From an uncultured Desulfovibrionales bacterium (GTDB taxonomy: Bacteria > Desulfobacterota > Desulfovibrionia > Desulfovibrionales > Desulfonatronovibrionaceae): a DNA stretch of 64,000 bases. Positions 62,664 through 64,000 of this stretch are shown in pieces. How positions within the stretch are numbered: the first letter of the stretch is position 1; every line of letters starts with the position of its first letter. The position numbers were made by a program, and so were the translations under genes. Location: assembly GCA_964577315.1 (NCBI GenBank), contig CAZNYT010000004.1, positions 2,482 through 66,481 on the forward strand, in the 5' to 3' direction. The notes beneath the pieces were generated by a model. It searched no databases. It had not been told where the DNA came from and saw only the letters and a list, made by a program, of their open reading frames with translations.

Positions 62664-63155
62664 ATGAATGCCTTAAGCCTATTTATGCCTACTGCAACTT
62701 CCCGGGGAGGGGCATCTGGGCTCACTATGTTGGAGCTGATAGCTGTCCTGGTCATCCTGGGAGTATTGTCCGCTGTGGCAGTAACCCGCATGGGTGGGGT
62801 GGGTTTTTCTGTTCTTGGGGATGCGGACTGCCTGGTTGCCGACCTGCGCTATGCTCAGTCTTTGGCCATGACCCAGGCCCAGCACTTGGAGGAGGACAAG
62901 ACCGTGGAGATCGAGATCAACAGTGATGGTTGGCGCTTCAATAATAGTAATAACCATACTTGGCGGTTTGCGGACGGGGATACTGACAGGGATGTCCGCT
63001 GGGGAGTGACAGTGGTGGACGCCCCCCATACTATCAGATTTGAGTATCCCAGCGGTGATCCGGTAAGTGGCAAAGATATTGAACTCAGCAGAGGAGGCAA
63101 CTCGATAACAATCAGGGTGCACGAGGAAACCGGGTACGTGGAGATGGTGCAGTGA
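62664..63155 (+). CDS. Prepilin-type N-terminal cleavage/methylation-domain protein (pseudopilin/minor pilin)
   Basis: Class III signal GASG|LTMLELIAVLVILGVLSAVAV with Glu at +5. The start codon is uncertain. Confidence 0.75.
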   Translation: MNALSLFMPTATSRGGASGLTMLELIAVLVILGVLSAVAVTRMGGVGFSVLGDADCLVADLRYAQSLAMTQAQHLEEDKTVEIEINSDGWRFNNSNNHTWRFADGDTDRDVRWGVTVVDAPHTIRFEYPSGDPVSGKDIELSRGGNSITIRVHEETGYVEMVQ

Positions 63156-63613
63156 AGCTGGTAGATTTTTCATCCAGTCGGCAAAGCCAGGGAGGGGTGA
63201 CCCTGATCGAGCTTATAGCGGTTATCGTTGTGCTGGGTTTTGCCGCCAGCATTGCGGTAGCTGCCATGAGCGCCCTGGGCGGCATGGGCAGGGAGACTCA
63301 AACCACGGAATACGCTCAATTGGCCCAGCAACGTCTAGAGTTGATCCTGAACGAGAAGCGAAAGGGACAAGGCTTTACTGGTCTTGGTGATTGTGAAGGC
63401 CCCGATCCGTGTTGTCTATATAGTGATCTGCATGATTTGGACATGTGTAATAAAAGATTGGAAGTAACATTTAACCCTAAAAATGGAGTTAATAATTCAT
63501 TGAGATACTGTCAGGGAAAGGGTTTTGATTATTGTAAAGTTACTGTAAATGTCTTTGAAAACGATCAGGATCAAGCACAATCCTTTACCATGAGGCTGTA
63601 TAATTATGATTAG
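63152..63613 (+). CDS. Prepilin-type N-terminal cleavage/methylation-domain protein (pseudopilin/minor pilin)
   Basis: QGG|VTLIELIAVIVVLGFAASIAV with Glu at +5. The GTG start overlaps the preceding stop (GTGA). The C-terminal third is Cys-containing and AT-rich. Confidence 0.75.
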   Translation: MKLVDFSSSRQSQGGVTLIELIAVIVVLGFAASIAVAAMSALGGMGRETQTTEYAQLAQQRLELILNEKRKGQGFTGLGDCEGPDPCCLYSDLHDLDMCNKRLEVTFNPKNGVNNSLRYCQGKGFDYCKVTVNVFENDQDQAQSFTMRLYNYD

Positions 63614-63810
63614 CCGGATTGTGCCGAGGTGGATTTTGTCAGGTGCAGCGGAAGATGCAGTGCCGGGCATGGTTGTGGTTTTGGTTTTAGCCGCTGATTA
63701 TGCAGATTCACGCTGATTCGGTATTGTGCGATTCCTGAATGGTGCGGTTCGGGTTAAAGACAAAGTTTGTCCGGTGTTTGTTTCCTGCTGATAAAAAGTC
63801 ACGAATTTTG

Positions 63811-63968
63811 GGAACTGGACAGTCAAAAGTTTTCACACAACTCTCTGGAATAATTGCTTTTTTTTCAATTTCAGCTGTCCAGAAGTATTTATGCTATAAC
63901 TAGCTGAAATCATAAATCTTTTTTCTTCAACTATTAACAATTAACTGATAACTTTTAACTGTCCAGTT
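63811..63968. repeat. ~158-bp AT-rich segment bounded by 19-nt inverted repeats
   Basis: Left GGAACTGGACAGTCAAAAGTT (63811-63831), right AACTTTTAACTGTCCAGTT (63950-63968). These match 18/19 as reverse complements. A third CTGTCCAG lies inside. Confidence 0.6.
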
Positions 63969-64000
63969 GGGAAGGACAATGTCTTATCTGGGAAATGTCC

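Overview
This looks like a chromosomal segment from a Desulfobacterota-type anaerobe (lineage guessed from gene content only). About 60 genes are tightly packed, mostly on the minus strand. Housekeeping blocks: recJ (partial, missing from the ORF track), HDOD, TPR, pyrF-gmk-remA-yicC, DUF4416-mtaB-mnmA-gatA-gatC, and hrcA-grpE-dnaK behind a perfect CIRCE operator. Also present: tRNA-Val(CAC), trmL, a SWIM/SNF2 helicase and tilS. Accessory content: a sucrose cluster (fructokinase, SPS-SPP fusion, sucrose synthase, GalT-like), lgt, znuABC with zur, a TRAP transporter, a eukaryote-type PFK-2/FBPase-2, and cardiolipin synthase beside a zinc-ribbon radical SAM enzyme of the archaeal MJ0619/Tes type. 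Further on: stand-alone gltB, an NSS transporter, trxB, an ArsR-rhodanese regulator with a NapH-like protein, a sigma-54-driven yeeE-tusA operon, and a gspE/gspF/pseudopilin cluster. The best candidate for a new system is at 54.7-56.6 kb. It is a cobalamin riboswitch with its own terminator, then a 42-codon ORF translationally coupled to a radical SAM/SPASM enzyme, closed by a second terminator. That makes a RiPP-like unit repressed by B12. Intergenic space holds at least two MITE-like repeat families, one of which creates false N-terminal extensions in the ORF track, plus REP-type hairpin clusters. No CRISPR array, rRNA, transposase or prophage genes were seen.
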